NCBI GenBank assembly: GCA_000004985.1
Contig: GG738855.1
Strand: one strand, 5' to 3'
From: Naegleria gruberi
Lineage: Eukaryota
DNA: 64,000 bases
Shown one piece after another: positions 1 to 10,398 of the stretch. How positions within the stretch are numbered: position 1 is the stretch's first letter; each line of letters opens with the position of its first letter. Under the pieces are notes generated by a model. It worked only from the letters and a program-made list of their open reading frames with translations, had not been told where the DNA came from and searched no databases. Both the position numbers and the translations under genes were made by a program.

Positions 1-53
1 CGACTCCAAATAATTCCCATCAATCTTCAAGCTTTTTCAATTCATCAACAACA

Positions 54-1337
54 ATGGTAACCAATGATGAAACTGATTGGGAAATTATTGTAAAGAATAG
101 AAATGCTCAACAAATAGCACGTATGGCCTCTGCTACTGGTTTAGTATTTCATAATAATCTATCCTCCTCACCATCAACTACTTCATCTTTATCGTCTTCA
201 AATCTATCAAATCAACATCATCACTGTGTTACCACTCCAAAATTGGATACATCTTCTTTAAATGAAACATCATTCAGAAAGAACTTTATCACTCGACATA
301 GTTCTGATCAGAGAATTGCAATCTCTAGTAATAATAGTAGTGGTAGTACATGTAATGAAGAGTCCACATTTGGTACTGGGTCAAGCAAGCAGAGAAGCAA
401 GACAAGTTTTTTGTGGGGAAGATCTTTAGAGAGGAAGAATTCTGCAAACAGCAATACTTGTATGCCTCCAATAGAGGATTCTAAGAATGCTCAACTCGAT
501 ATTTCGGCCTCTTCAATAGAGAGTAGTGCCACCAATGTTGCATCAGATGAGAGCTTTTTAGAGTTTTTACAGAGTGTAGATTGTCGAATGAATGTTATTT
601 CGATAGAGTCAATTGATTCTGCCTCTACACAAGACACATCATCCAAAGAGACTTTGAAAAAGTCCAAATTTTGGGATAGACTCAAGATTATCAAAAAGGC
701 AATTAAGAAACAGCTTATGGAAGAAGAAAAACCTAACAGCACCCAACAAACACTTCACACTCAACAACCATCTAAACACTCGAGAACCAATAGTATTACA
801 AGTAATCCACATACACTTGATTTGGATTGTAAAAGTACATCATCTTCCTCTCTGACAAGCGTTAGTGATGAAGACAAGTATACGGTTGTTATTACTAAAC
901 CAGCAATAGTCTCTAATAGTGCAATTAGATCTGCTGAGGATGAAATGAGACATTGTCTTAATGATCCAATTTGTTTACAATTATTTGATGAATTTTGTTG
1001 TCAGGAATGCTCTCAAGAGAATTTACTTCTTTGGAAGGAGCTCAATAAGGTCAAGACTAATTTCAAGAAACTTTCAGATAAGAGAAGAAGCAAAACCCTT
1101 CGAACCATTCACTCGAAATTCTTCTCTGAGAAGAATGAAAATTTCGATGTAAATGTTAGTGGTCGAACTAAAGTTCAAATAGAGGAACAAGCAAATAGCA
1201 AGAGAGTTAGTTTAGCATCTGGCGCACACGTTTTAAATAGCTTACAACGAGATTGTATCAACAATTTATGTGACAGCTTTTCGAGGTTTATTCTCACTGA
1301 GGATTACAAACTATGGAAACAAAACTTTGATAGGTAA
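54..1337 (+). CDS. RGS-domain protein with Ser/Thr-rich N-terminus
   Basis: Single 427-aa ORF. The C-terminal ~120 aa match the RGS fold signature (…DPICLQLFDEFCCQECSQENLLLWKELNKVK…SFSRFILTEDYKLWKQNF). The N-terminus is low-complexity Ser-rich, typical of dictyostelids. Confidence 0.75.
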   Translation: MVTNDETDWEIIVKNRNAQQIARMASATGLVFHNNLSSSPSTTSSLSSSNLSNQHHHCVTTPKLDTSSLNETSFRKNFITRHSSDQRIAISSNNSSGSTCNEESTFGTGSSKQRSKTSFLWGRSLERKNSANSNTCMPPIEDSKNAQLDISASSIESSATNVASDESFLEFLQSVDCRMNVISIESIDSASTQDTSSKETLKKSKFWDRLKIIKKAIKKQLMEEEKPNSTQQTLHTQQPSKHSRTNSITSNPHTLDLDCKSTSSSSLTSVSDEDKYTVVITKPAIVSNSAIRSAEDEMRHCLNDPICLQLFDEFCCQECSQENLLLWKELNKVKTNFKKLSDKRRSKTLRTIHSKFFSEKNENFDVNVSGRTKVQIEEQANSKRVSLASGAHVLNSLQRDCINNLCDSFSRFILTEDYKLWKQNFDR

Positions 1338-1515
1338 ATTTTGGAAAATCAATACCCCAAAGTTAAATTTGTGTAAATATTTGAAGAGAGTGAATTCAAA
1401 AGGATTCAATTATTTCAATTTTCTTTAATTAAACTTGTTTTTAATTACAATTAATTTGATTATTATTATGGCGCCATGATGAACTCGAATTAAAATAAAA
1501 AATAAATATTAAAAA

Positions 1516-2268
1516 ATGTCTCAAGATCAAACGGAAAAGCTTTTGAGAAAAAGATCAACATCAAGTGGTTTGAAGATTATTGGTAATTATCAAATTTTAA
1601 ATGGCGGAATATGTTTATTATGATGATCAGTTCCTGAACCTGTTTTTAAAAAGTTGGATTTACAAACTGTTTCTACTCTGATCGGAAAGGAAAATGCTTT
1701 GTTTATTGATGTAAGGTATGATTATTATTGTTGTATTTTATAAATCAACATCATCATGATTGTACGATCGGATCATCATAGAGATGAAGACTATGAAGGA
1801 GGTCATATTAAGGGATCTATTCATCAACCATTTTCTTCTTTCGATGAGTTGTGTCCATCTCTTGTTACCCTTGTTGAAGAGAAGGCATCCACTTTGGACA
1901 CTCTTGTTTTCTATTGTATGTTTTCGGAACAAAGATCTCCTCAGTGTGCTGCTGCTTTTGCTGAAAAGATTTCTGGAAACAAGGCTTTGGAACATTTAAA
2001 GATGTAAGTTATTGGATAATTTAATGTATGATTAATTGTGATGATCGGATTAATGAATTGTAATATGCTATTATTATAATAATAATATTATAGAATTATT
2101 CTTTCTGGAGGATTTAATTCATTCTTGAAAAAGTATACACCACCAAATGATCTTATTGAGGAATATAATGCTGAATGTTATAAGGAAGTTGATGGACAAT
2201 TATTGCACATGATCGATGCTCAGTATTTGGATGTCATTACCGATAAGAATGTCAGTGTTAGCGAATAA
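1516..2268 (+). CDS. Cdc25/Acr2-like rhodanese-fold phosphatase (about 4 exons)
   Basis: Hand-spliced from the sequence. Exon 1 reads ATG…attattg|gtaatt, followed by a ~48-nt intron ending cag. Exon 2 ends …FIDVR, followed by a 66-nt gtatga…atag intron. Exon 3 encodes DEDYEGGHIKGSIH…LVFYCMFSEQRSPQ, which carries the CX5R active-site motif. A gtaagt…tattatag intron precedes exon 4, which ends …ILSGGFNSF…VSE* at 2266-2268. Confidence 0.65.
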
Positions 2269-2326
2269 AATAGCTAGCTCAGAAATTAAGATCTAGTAGT
2301 AAAACTGCAGATGAGGAACCACAATT

Positions 2327-5300
2327 TTATTTCTTTTTTCGTTTGAAAAATTGGAAAGCAGATGAGGAACCACTATCTGAAGAGGAGCCTCCCTTCTCAA
2401 GGGATTGAGTAAGCATTTCAATAATGTCGTCACAAGGAACATGAGACGATTTGGCAATATCTAATGGTGTTTTACCTTGCTTATTTTTCAAGTGTAAAAC
2501 CTTGTACATTAATGTTTGTTTTGGTTCTACTCTTGGACTCGATAGATTTGTAGTTGAAGCACTTCTACTATTTTCTCTTGGTGTTGAAAGGAGACCTCCT
2601 GAAGTTGGAGTGGTATTTTGATTTGGTGATAAATTTGCAACAGAGCTAGCTGCAACACTAGGTCTCTTGTTCATTTGAACACCAACAATATTATACAGTG
2701 ATAGGAGATATCTTACAGCAAATGTATTGCTGTCGCTACAAGCATATGCAAGACAAGTTTGATGTTTGTCATTATCTGGTTCCATCAACAACTCATTGAG
2801 GACTTCAATATTTTCTTGAGACTCTTCGTCATATTTTTGTTTTTCTGCAAGCTTTTGTTCTGGTGTGAGCTCTACATTCTTTGGTGCTAATCTGAGGGCC
2901 GATCCTAATGTACTCTTTCTAGGTTGAAGTAGCTCATTAATAATCAATTGCATGGATTTCAAATCACCCTTAATTACACAATCGTGTAGAATATTTCTTC
3001 CATGATAATTTTGACTCTTCAAAACTTTAATGAATTGCTCTCTAGAAATGTATGGCAAAATTGCCTCCAAAATTGGTTGTTTTCGTTTCAGTACACTGTT
3101 GTTGTTACTTTCTGTTGATGAATTGTTGGTTTGAGAATTATTCTTGCTTAGTTCAGGATTGAGTTTCTTAGCTCTCTCTGAAGGATCATTGTAAAACAAG
3201 TCACGAGCCTCTTGTTCACTCAAGCCATAGAATTTTTTAGCTGAGAGAATGAGTGTCTTGGTTGACCATCCCATTTGAGGAACAAGCAACTCCATGGCTT
3301 TGAACATAATATTCTTCTTCAATTGGAATTCATCTTGAAGGAAGTGACTAATGTGATTAGGGAATCTAGAACCATTTGTATTGGTTTTGGAATTGGCTGG
3401 AGAGGGTGATGAATTATTTTGAATTGGGCTTGATTTAATCTTGATAGAATCTTCAAGAAGGACACCTTGTTGATTACTGGTATAACCTCCTCCTGCCATT
3501 CCATTAATACCTGAAAGAGCAGCCAATGAGTCTGATCTCATTTTGAGTGCAGCAGGAAGCTTGAGAGGTTCTCTCTTCTTTCTTCTATCGTTTGTTAAGA
3601 GTTTGTTCTTATTTTCATAATTGACTTCACCAGATTCACCAACAAACATTTCATCCAATTCTTGGAAAATATCAGCAGAAACGTCAGTATCACAACTAGA
3701 AACACTAGTTGTTGGTGATGGAGCTCTATTCGAAATTGGAGTATTATCACTATGTTCTGATGATTGTTTAACTGAGTCAACTCTAGGTGAGTCATATTTA
3801 GTTGATTCATTGATGGTATCCTCATCTTTTTCCTTGGACATTTCATGTTCGAGAAGGAATTCTTCAATCAAAAGTAAATCTTCATCTGGTACTTGAGATG
3901 ATTCTCTCTTTGATTCTACCGATTTTTCATCAGCAGCATTAATTACATCCTTTGTTGAGTTTTGTGAGGAGAGAGTTCTTGGTGAAGGTTGAGTTGGCAC
4001 TTGTTGTACCTCAACTTCTCTCCCAACAAGATTGAAGAGTGGAACACATCCTTTTTGATCCTTCTTTAGTAAAATAGCTCCCTTCTGAATGAGATAAACT
4101 ATTCTATCCAATGGTAATTCGAAACAAGCACGGTGCAACATGGTTTCACCTCCACGAATTGTAGTATCCAATGAAGCACCAAACAAAATGAGCATGTCAC
4201 ACACTGCAAAGCAACCTCTCTTCAATGCTACATAAAATACATTGTATCCAAATTCATCATCCACTTGTTGAATAATCTTTTCCAATGCATTGTTATTATA
4301 TGGAGATGAAGCTCCAGTAGCAGGAGATGAACTAGTTGGTGAAGGAACATCTGCCTTATTCTTATTACCGAAAAAGCTCTTTCTTCCAGAGCCTCCTCCA
4401 CTATTAGAATGTGGATTGGCCACAAGTTCTGATCCATTTCTAGCTCTTGAAACTCCTGTCTTGATTGTTGAACTCTTAATTTTCGTACACAAGAATGCAC
4501 AGCTCTCAGTAGCATTAAAGAAGGAAGTATAAAAGAGTGGAGTCATTTTCATGGCATCCGAAACAAATAAGAAATCAGGTCCACATTCATCAAATAACCA
4601 TTCCATAATAACACTCTGATTGTACTTGGATGCCAAGTGCATTAGTGTACACTTTTGAATAGAATTAAACTTGGTATTGAGTAAATATTTAGTCCACAAT
4701 AATTTCAAAGATGGTTCCGTTGCAAATTTAAATTGTTTCCAAGTGTCGAGAACGTCCTCTTTCATGGAGGTAAATTCCTTCCTTGACATGACTTCAACTT
4801 CACGTGTAGGTGATCCAGTACTACTTGATGGACTGCCAAGAGATTGGAGGTCTGCGAATCTAGTACTGTTCCTGTTTAGTTTTATACTATTTCTATTAAC
4901 ACTGAGACTGTTACTGACAGTAAGAGTTGATGATTCGTTACCACTCAATTTCATAGATCCAGTTGTAAAGAAGAAGAATCTAAAGTAGAGTAATTGTTTC
5001 AATCGGTAGAGAGAATGAATAGAAATGTGATAGAGACCACTCAAGTCCATTAAAGCACTTCCCTTTGAAGATAATACCGAAGTTGTGGTATCTAAAATTA
5101 TTGATTTGGCACTAGTTTCCGCAACTGTATCTTTTTCAATCAATGGCTCAACTTGGCTGGTTTCGTTTGCTTTCGAATGCTTTCTGTTAACTTTCTTCTT
5201 CTTGGCAGATAAATGTTGTGATGATGGAACAAAGCAATTCAACACCAACTCCTTCCAAGTATCTTCATCCAACGAAGAAGCATCTAAATTATCAAAGAAT

Positions 5301-5815
5301 TGAGCCACTTTAACAATATCAATATCATTATAAATTGTTGTACTATTTGTACTTCCGTGATAACTGTGAGTAGAACTACTTCTACTCAGAAAACCATTTC
5401 CACTCAACTCTCCCATATCATCGACCAGTTTACCAATTTGGTCTAAATTCATTGGAGTTATTGGAGATGAATAATTATTATTAACATTTTCAATGGATTG
5501 TCTGTTTGTTTGACTCGGTGTTATTGTTGTTGTTGATGGTGGCATCATTGGAGTAGTGTGATTATTATTATTTGATGAAGGAGTTGAAAATTGGTTATTA
5601 TTATTTGGAGGAGAAGTGGTAGTTGAGTAGTGGTGGTTATCAGTTGTTGTTATTATTGAAGAAGTATTCGTCATTATGGAAGCCTTTCGAGGGGTAGAAG
5701 GAGAGTTAGCAGAGTTTAATGTAATGGTTTCATCGGTGGTGGTAGAAGTATTACTAATGGGCTGTTCAGGTTGAGTTATTCTGGATGATGATGTTGATGA
5801 TTCTATTGAAGTCAT
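2327..5815 (-). CDS. Large low-complexity protein with ankyrin-type repeats
   Basis: 1162-aa single ORF. It is Asn/Ser/Thr-rich, and its C-terminal third has ankyrin-like units (…GRNILHDCVIKGDLKSMQLII…, …TCLAYACSDSNTFAVRYLL…, …GKTPLDIAKSSHV…). Confidence 0.7.
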   Translation of the reverse strand: MTSIESSTSSSRITQPEQPISNTSTTTDETITLNSANSPSTPRKASIMTNTSSIITTTDNHHYSTTTSPPNNNNQFSTPSSNNNNHTTPMMPPSTTTITPSQTNRQSIENVNNNYSSPITPMNLDQIGKLVDDMGELSGNGFLSRSSSTHSYHGSTNSTTIYNDIDIVKVAQFFDNLDASSLDEDTWKELVLNCFVPSSQHLSAKKKKVNRKHSKANETSQVEPLIEKDTVAETSAKSIILDTTTSVLSSKGSALMDLSGLYHISIHSLYRLKQLLYFRFFFFTTGSMKLSGNESSTLTVSNSLSVNRNSIKLNRNSTRFADLQSLGSPSSSTGSPTREVEVMSRKEFTSMKEDVLDTWKQFKFATEPSLKLLWTKYLLNTKFNSIQKCTLMHLASKYNQSVIMEWLFDECGPDFLFVSDAMKMTPLFYTSFFNATESCAFLCTKIKSSTIKTGVSRARNGSELVANPHSNSGGGSGRKSFFGNKNKADVPSPTSSSPATGASSPYNNNALEKIIQQVDDEFGYNVFYVALKRGCFAVCDMLILFGASLDTTIRGGETMLHRACFELPLDRIVYLIQKGAILLKKDQKGCVPLFNLVGREVEVQQVPTQPSPRTLSSQNSTKDVINAADEKSVESKRESSQVPDEDLLLIEEFLLEHEMSKEKDEDTINESTKYDSPRVDSVKQSSEHSDNTPISNRAPSPTTSVSSCDTDVSADIFQELDEMFVGESGEVNYENKNKLLTNDRRKKREPLKLPAALKMRSDSLAALSGINGMAGGGYTSNQQGVLLEDSIKIKSSPIQNNSSPSPANSKTNTNGSRFPNHISHFLQDEFQLKKNIMFKAMELLVPQMGWSTKTLILSAKKFYGLSEQEARDLFYNDPSERAKKLNPELSKNNSQTNNSSTESNNNSVLKRKQPILEAILPYISREQFIKVLKSQNYHGRNILHDCVIKGDLKSMQLIINELLQPRKSTLGSALRLAPKNVELTPEQKLAEKQKYDEESQENIEVLNELLMEPDNDKHQTCLAYACSDSNTFAVRYLLSLYNIVGVQMNKRPSVAASSVANLSPNQNTTPTSGGLLSTPRENSRSASTTNLSSPRVEPKQTLMYKVLHLKNKQGKTPLDIAKSSHVPCDDIIEMLTQSLEKGGSSSDSGSSSAFQFFKRKKK

Positions 5816-6243
5816 CTCGTTTGTTTTATTTGAAATAATAATGTGTGTATATATATTCGAAGAAAGTATTACTCGAGGTGTTTTTGTAGAGCAAAATTTC
5901 TTCTTCTTGAAAGATAATATTATATCTTGTGATTTGGCAAACGGTTTTTGAATTTGATTTTTTTAACCGGAATGTTGGTGATGATTGTTAATTTGCGCCA
6001 AGTTTACTTGTGCTATTTTGTGTGGTGGAAAAATGAGAGTGCTGACACTAAACATGGACAAACCAAATGGGTTGTTTGATGCTAAGAAAGTTATTGAACT
6101 CTAACAATTAATTGGCTATTCGTTTCGTTTAGTTTATTTGATGGGATAACAAAATTTCTGCTTTTAAACAGTTTGAAAATCGATCGACTTAGACAATCAT
6201 TAGTATTTAATGAGTTTCATGGATTTTCATTCAAATATGTGTG

Positions 6244-6264
6244 GGGGTCATGGCGCAGTCGGTA
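6244..6264 (+). tRNA. 5' fragment of an elongator tRNA-Met(CAU): acceptor 5' strand plus D-stem and D-loop
   Basis: The sequence ggggtca-tg-gcgcagtcggta is exactly the acceptor strand, positions 8-9, the 5' D-stem and the D-loop complementary to the 3' fragment at 7120-7171. Confidence 0.6.
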
Positions 6265-7119
6265 TTATTAATAGATTTTAGGGTAGGTAACGCTCTCAAT
6301 CTACCTCAACGTAACTTTAAATATAAACTTTATTTATTTTTAGAAAGGGTGGTTTGCGCTCTCAAGCAATGTTGCTCTTTAATGTACTGTTGCTATACTT
6401 TACATTGAATTGAATTTATTGATTAATTATTTCAACTTTTGAAGATTTCTTACTATTTTTCATACTATTAATAATTTTTAATTTTCTTTCTTTTCTTAAT
6501 TCTTCATCATATTCAATTTCTTCTGTATAAAAACTAATATCACTATAATTTAAATTTGATTGTTTGGAATAATTTGGAAAATAATTATTTTCTGATTCAT
6601 TAAATTCTTGAATTGTTTTTGATATTTTTTCAATTTCATTATCAATAAATTCATAAATTTGTTCATGTTTTTTAAAATTAATTTTCATTGATAAAATTAA
6701 ATTTAAAAATAATAATCCTTTTCTAAAAATAGATAAGGTAGGGTTGCGCTTTCATTAATACTCAACGTAACTTTTAAAATAAAAAACTTACCCAAAAATT
6801 TTACATTGAAAATTATCATCTTCAGATTTAAAATTAATTAAATTAATTTCATCTGATAAATTTGTTTCATCAATATGTTCTCTAAAATTTTCATTTGTTG
6901 TAAAAATTAAAAATGAATTTGAATTATGAATTATATCTTCTCCTAATTCATCTGAAATTTCACTAATTCTAATTATTTGTAAATTTTTAATTATTGAATA
7001 TAATCTTCCAAAATTAATACAAATTGGTGAATGTTTACAATTTGATTTAATTATAAATGTATCATTATCTTTTAAATAATAAAATTAGGTAGGGTTGCGC
7101 TCTTAAGTATATCAACGTA
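6265..7119. other. 855-bp AT-rich insertion or intervening sequence splitting the tRNA-Met gene in its D-loop, with TA/GTA at both junctions
   Basis: It lies between the two tRNA halves. It carries four copies of a ~35-nt motif, GGTAGG(G/T)T..CGCT.T…CAACGTA(A/G)C, at ~6283, ~6347, ~6736 and ~7087. It also carries an intron-containing ORF on the minus strand. Confidence 0.5.
6416..7080 (-). CDS. Hypothetical intron-containing ORF inside the tRNA-splitting insertion
   Basis: On the minus strand the reading frame …SEDDNFQCKIFG is followed by gtaagt…tttttag, a ~70-nt intron that contains one repeat copy. It then continues in frame into the 90-aa ORF MKINFKKHEQ…EIINQ*. No upstream ATG was found, so it may be a fragment or pseudogene. 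Confidence 0.3.
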
Positions 7120-7171
7120 GCGCGTAGGTCTCATAATCCTAAGGTCGTGAGTTCGATCCTCACTGACCCCA
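7120..7171 (+). tRNA. 3' fragment of an elongator tRNA-Met(CAU): D-stem 3' strand, anticodon arm, variable loop, T-arm and acceptor 3' strand
   Basis: The fragment reads gcgc-g-taggt-cTCATAa-tccta-aggtc-gtgag-ttcgatc-ctcac-tgacccc-a. The anticodon is CAT with U33 and A37, the T-loop is TTCGATC, and the 3' acceptor pairs with ggggtca at 6244-6250. A T6 run at 7174-7179 gives a Pol III terminator. Confidence 0.65.
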
Positions 7172-7179
7172 ACTTTTTT
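7172..7179 (+). terminator. Pol III oligo-T terminator after the tRNA-Met 3' fragment
   Basis: ttttttg lies 3 nt after the discriminator base. Confidence 0.5.
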
Positions 7180-7718
7180 GCTAGTTGGATCTAACAAATT
7201 CTAGAATAGCACCATTTATTGAAACAGCTTGCCATACAAATTCTCTATCTCTTTTCAAGGCATTAATCAAAATTTTGTGGTTCAAGTTTGATCGATTCCT
7301 ATGCTAATTACCTGTCATATCTAAATTGCTCTCGAACAAACCTCAATACTAACCAATCCTTGAAGGAGTTCAATGTCATTTCTCAATCTTTCAAGAAATA
7401 AACTGAATGGCTAATCCAGATGATTTCAGTCTTTCAATCACTTGATGCATATGTAAACAAGAACCAGTTCCGTCTTCTAAAGATTTATATCCATTAAAGC
7501 AGGTCTCAAGGCTGAATCACCTTAAAGGTGAAACAGTCCCTGAGCTTTAATACCCATTAGTATAATTACTTGTTCTCAATCTTGTTTTTATTAATTTGCA
7601 AGGTAACATCTTCAATTCATTAGATCCATATGAATATGATCTTGGTCTAGAATCTTATTATTCTCTGAGAAGGATTTATGTTTTGCACGATTTTGCCTTA
7701 ATTGCAACATACACACCA

Positions 7719-7801
7719 GCCCGCGTAGCAGAGTGGTCAAATGCGTAAGACTTAAGATCTTATCCCGAATGGGTTCGTGGGTTCGAACCCCACCGCTGGC
7801 A
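7719..7801 (+). tRNA. tRNA-Leu(UAA), class II with a long variable arm
   Basis: A cloverleaf can be drawn. It has acceptor gcccgcg/cgctggc (6 of 7 pairs), an A-box tagcagagtgg, D-arm gca/tgc, anticodon stem taaga/tctta with loop cTTAAga, variable hairpin cccgaatggg, T-arm gtggg-ttcgaac-cccac, a B-box ggttcgaaccc, discriminator a, and a downstream T-rich stretch. Confidence 0.75.
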
Positions 7802-8081
7802 TTTCCTTTTCTTTTTTGTTTTCTGTGCATTGGTGATGTCTTTGCAACTTGAATGGAAAGTTTTCTGAATTTGAATTATATTCTTATAGACCAGATGCTT
7901 TTCCAATAACTATAATAACTCATAAAAACAGATTCCTTCCTTGAAAAAGCTTTTAATTATATTAATTTTCCAAGAGAGAATTCAAAGAGCTATTTTCTAC
8001 ATGGCTTGTCCATTATGATTGATTCAAAACTCATAAGGTCTTTGCCTTAATTATATTTTCTTTATTTATTACAACAACTGA

Positions 8082-8830
8082 TTAATCTTTACTGATATAC
8101 CGAATTTCACAATCTTTAAAAAAAAATGAAATATAACAAAAAAATCTACACAATCCTTCTAAGGTATCTAGATTTGTGCAATATATATCAACCTCATTAA
8201 TTAATCTCTCACCCATTAGAATGAAGGCAATATAAACTCTCTCGTAATTCATCATAAAAAATAAATTATTACTTGATCTCTTGTCCACACTTTTTTCGAA
8301 ATGGTATTTCAGCATAGAAAAGAATAAATTCTTTACCTCAGTTTCATTTTCAAAATCACAATTATCCAAATTACGTTTTGAAAATTTACCATAAATATTA
8401 TTTCCAATTACAATCATTTCTTCATCCAATCAAACATTTTTTTGGTTGATACTTCTTGTTCTTTTCCTTGAGAGGAAGAAACCATTTTGATAATACTATT
8501 TCTATAATACTATCCTGAACAATATAACTCTACTGCTGTAGTATTACCCGTATGATCATATATGGTTTCCCACCACGAAGACGTCTTTTCCTCATCCAAT
8601 GAACATTTATGCAAAAATTCAACCCATGGATGTCAAGGTTCACTCTCTATCATGTCGAGAGGAATTTTATGATTAAATATTCCCAATTTTTCATTGAATT
8701 TATACTGAGGGTCTTTCTGATAAAACGTGTTTTCCTCAATTCCGAAGGTGTAAATTTGTGCATTATTTTTACTTAATTTTACAAAACTAAGGAGTGACTT
8801 AGGAATCATCCAACCATTGTGTAGGATTTA
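8082..8830 (-). CDS. Hypothetical multi-exon gene of unknown function
   Basis: 115-aa ORF MDEEMIVIGNNIYGKF… plus an upstream protein-like minus-strand reading frame (…NGWMIPKSLLSFVKLSKNNAQIYTFGIEENTFYQKDPQYKF…, …HPWVEFLHKCSLDEEKTSSWWETIYDHTGNTT…) separated by intron-like AT-rich stretches. Boundaries are not resolved. Confidence 0.3.
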
Positions 8831-9096
8831 TAAACATGTATTGATGGCTGAACAACATGAGTATTATGTCTAAATGTACACAACCTCAGCCAATAAAAAG
8901 TCATCAATTTGTTATAATAGATATATATTATGAGTGGTAAAATATTTATTTGCCAACAGTAGATGGTGATAGTTAAAATTGATCAACAATAGTTGCTCCA
9001 CAAATTGAGGATCATCCACTACTGAAGCGCTTATGAAGTTTGTCGCACAAAAACGCAATCGATTATCAACAATCATTACAAAATTCTAAAAAAAAA

Positions 9097-10290
9097 TGCT
9101 CTCTTGGTTAAATGGTGATTCAGCAAATGTTTTTTCCTTTCCGTCTAAACCAGAGGTAACAATTTTGAAGGAACCACAAAGTTCTGACTCTCCTATTATT
9201 GTTGATGGTATTAAATTATTTTCATACAAGGGTTTGTTTTAATTGCATGTCATGATGGATTGACCAGTAGTATAATAACTGTAACTCTCTTTTGTATTGA
9301 AAACTTCATCAAATTAATTATCAATCATTTGATACAAACAAACAAATGGAATTACAATGTTGGTTGGTTAATGAATCATTGAAGATATACTTGCCATTCG
9401 TGAGGAAATAGCAAACGAGGAGGATTATGAAATTCTCTATGAGGAACCTGAAAATTATCGTAAAATGTTCATCAAGAAGAGAGGAGAGGGTTCAACAGGT
9501 GAAATTAAACGACACAAATATACTAGAACAAATTTTCCATCCTCTCCAAAGGAAATGTTTGTTGCTGTTAGGGATTTTGAGAGGAGAAAGAGTTGGGATG
9601 ACAGACTGGAGGAGAGAAATGTCATGAGAGTTTTTAAATTTACTGATAAGGAGTAGGTTTCTTTTTGATGATTGGATAATCTTATCCTAAACCTATTTTT
9701 GTTATTACGGATCGATGTTATATTGTATCACAATACTACTCTACTATATTAATTACTGATGATAATTTAAATTATAACTATGATGTAAATAATTATTTAG
9801 AACTGGTAAAGTTGTTATCAATTCAATTGAGAGAACTGCACATAAGGGTGCTTTTCCTGTTCAAGGAAGAGATTTCATATCTCTTACTGGTGTTGTTATT
9901 ATGAATGAAAATCACTACTTGACTCGTTCTCATGCCCTCGAATACAGTTTACTTCCATACGCCACAAATGGAAATAAGAAGGAAAATCCACCTCCTCTTC
10001 CACAAGATAAATATGGACCTTCTGAGGGTTTCAATGGTTACATTAGAGGTTGTAACAAGTTTTTTGCAAATGAATGTTTTGGAAATGAAACAACAACTAC
10101 TTACACAACAGTTTTAGAGACTGATGTTCGTGGTTGGGTTCCATCAACAGTTTATAATTGGTTTGTAAAATTTATTCCTGCCAATGGTGAAGTCAATCTA
10201 GGAAAAGGATTGGAATGGAGAAGGACAAACTCAATTTCAAACGAATTGAATGATTTTTATTATAATATTGATTCACCATTGTTTAAATAG
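9097..10290 (+). CDS. START (StAR-related lipid-transfer) domain protein, multi-exon
   Basis: Exon segments encode …YEILYEEPENYRKMFIKKRGEGSTGEIKRHKYT…PKEMFVAVRDFERRKSWDDRLEERNVMRVF… and …GKVVINSIERTAHKGAFPVQGRDFISLTGVVIMNENHYLTRSHALEY…WVPSTVYNWFVKFIPANGEVNLGKGLEW…, which is a START/PCTP-like pattern. The exact start and splice sites are uncertain. Confidence 0.5.
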
Positions 10291-10398
10291 TGGATTACAT
10301 CCATGTAATTAATTGTATATATAGAACTATACTTGTAAATATATTCCTTTAAATTATTTGATTTTATAAATCAGTTTGTAATAAATTTCCGTTACAAT

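Noticed and set aside
491-5303. Many 60-110-aa ORFs antisense to, or nested within, the large genes (for example 491-742, 3319-3504, 3595-3896, 4228-4532, 4671-4988, 5085-5303)
   Set aside because: They are shadow ORFs inside long AT-rich coding sequence, with no independent support.
6283-7119. The repeated GGTAGG…CAACGTAAC motif considered as a CRISPR-like array
   Set aside because: This is eukaryotic nuclear DNA. The copies are irregularly spaced (64, 390 and 350 bp) and imperfect, and one lies inside a spliceosomal intron, so this is not CRISPR.
7195-7700. Possible extra tRNA or SINE between the two tRNA genes
   Set aside because: No cloverleaf or A/B-box pair could be built. The region contains only short stem fragments.
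7612-7830. 72-aa minus-strand ORF
   Set aside because: It overlaps the tRNA-Leu(UAA) gene antisense and is not plausible as coding.
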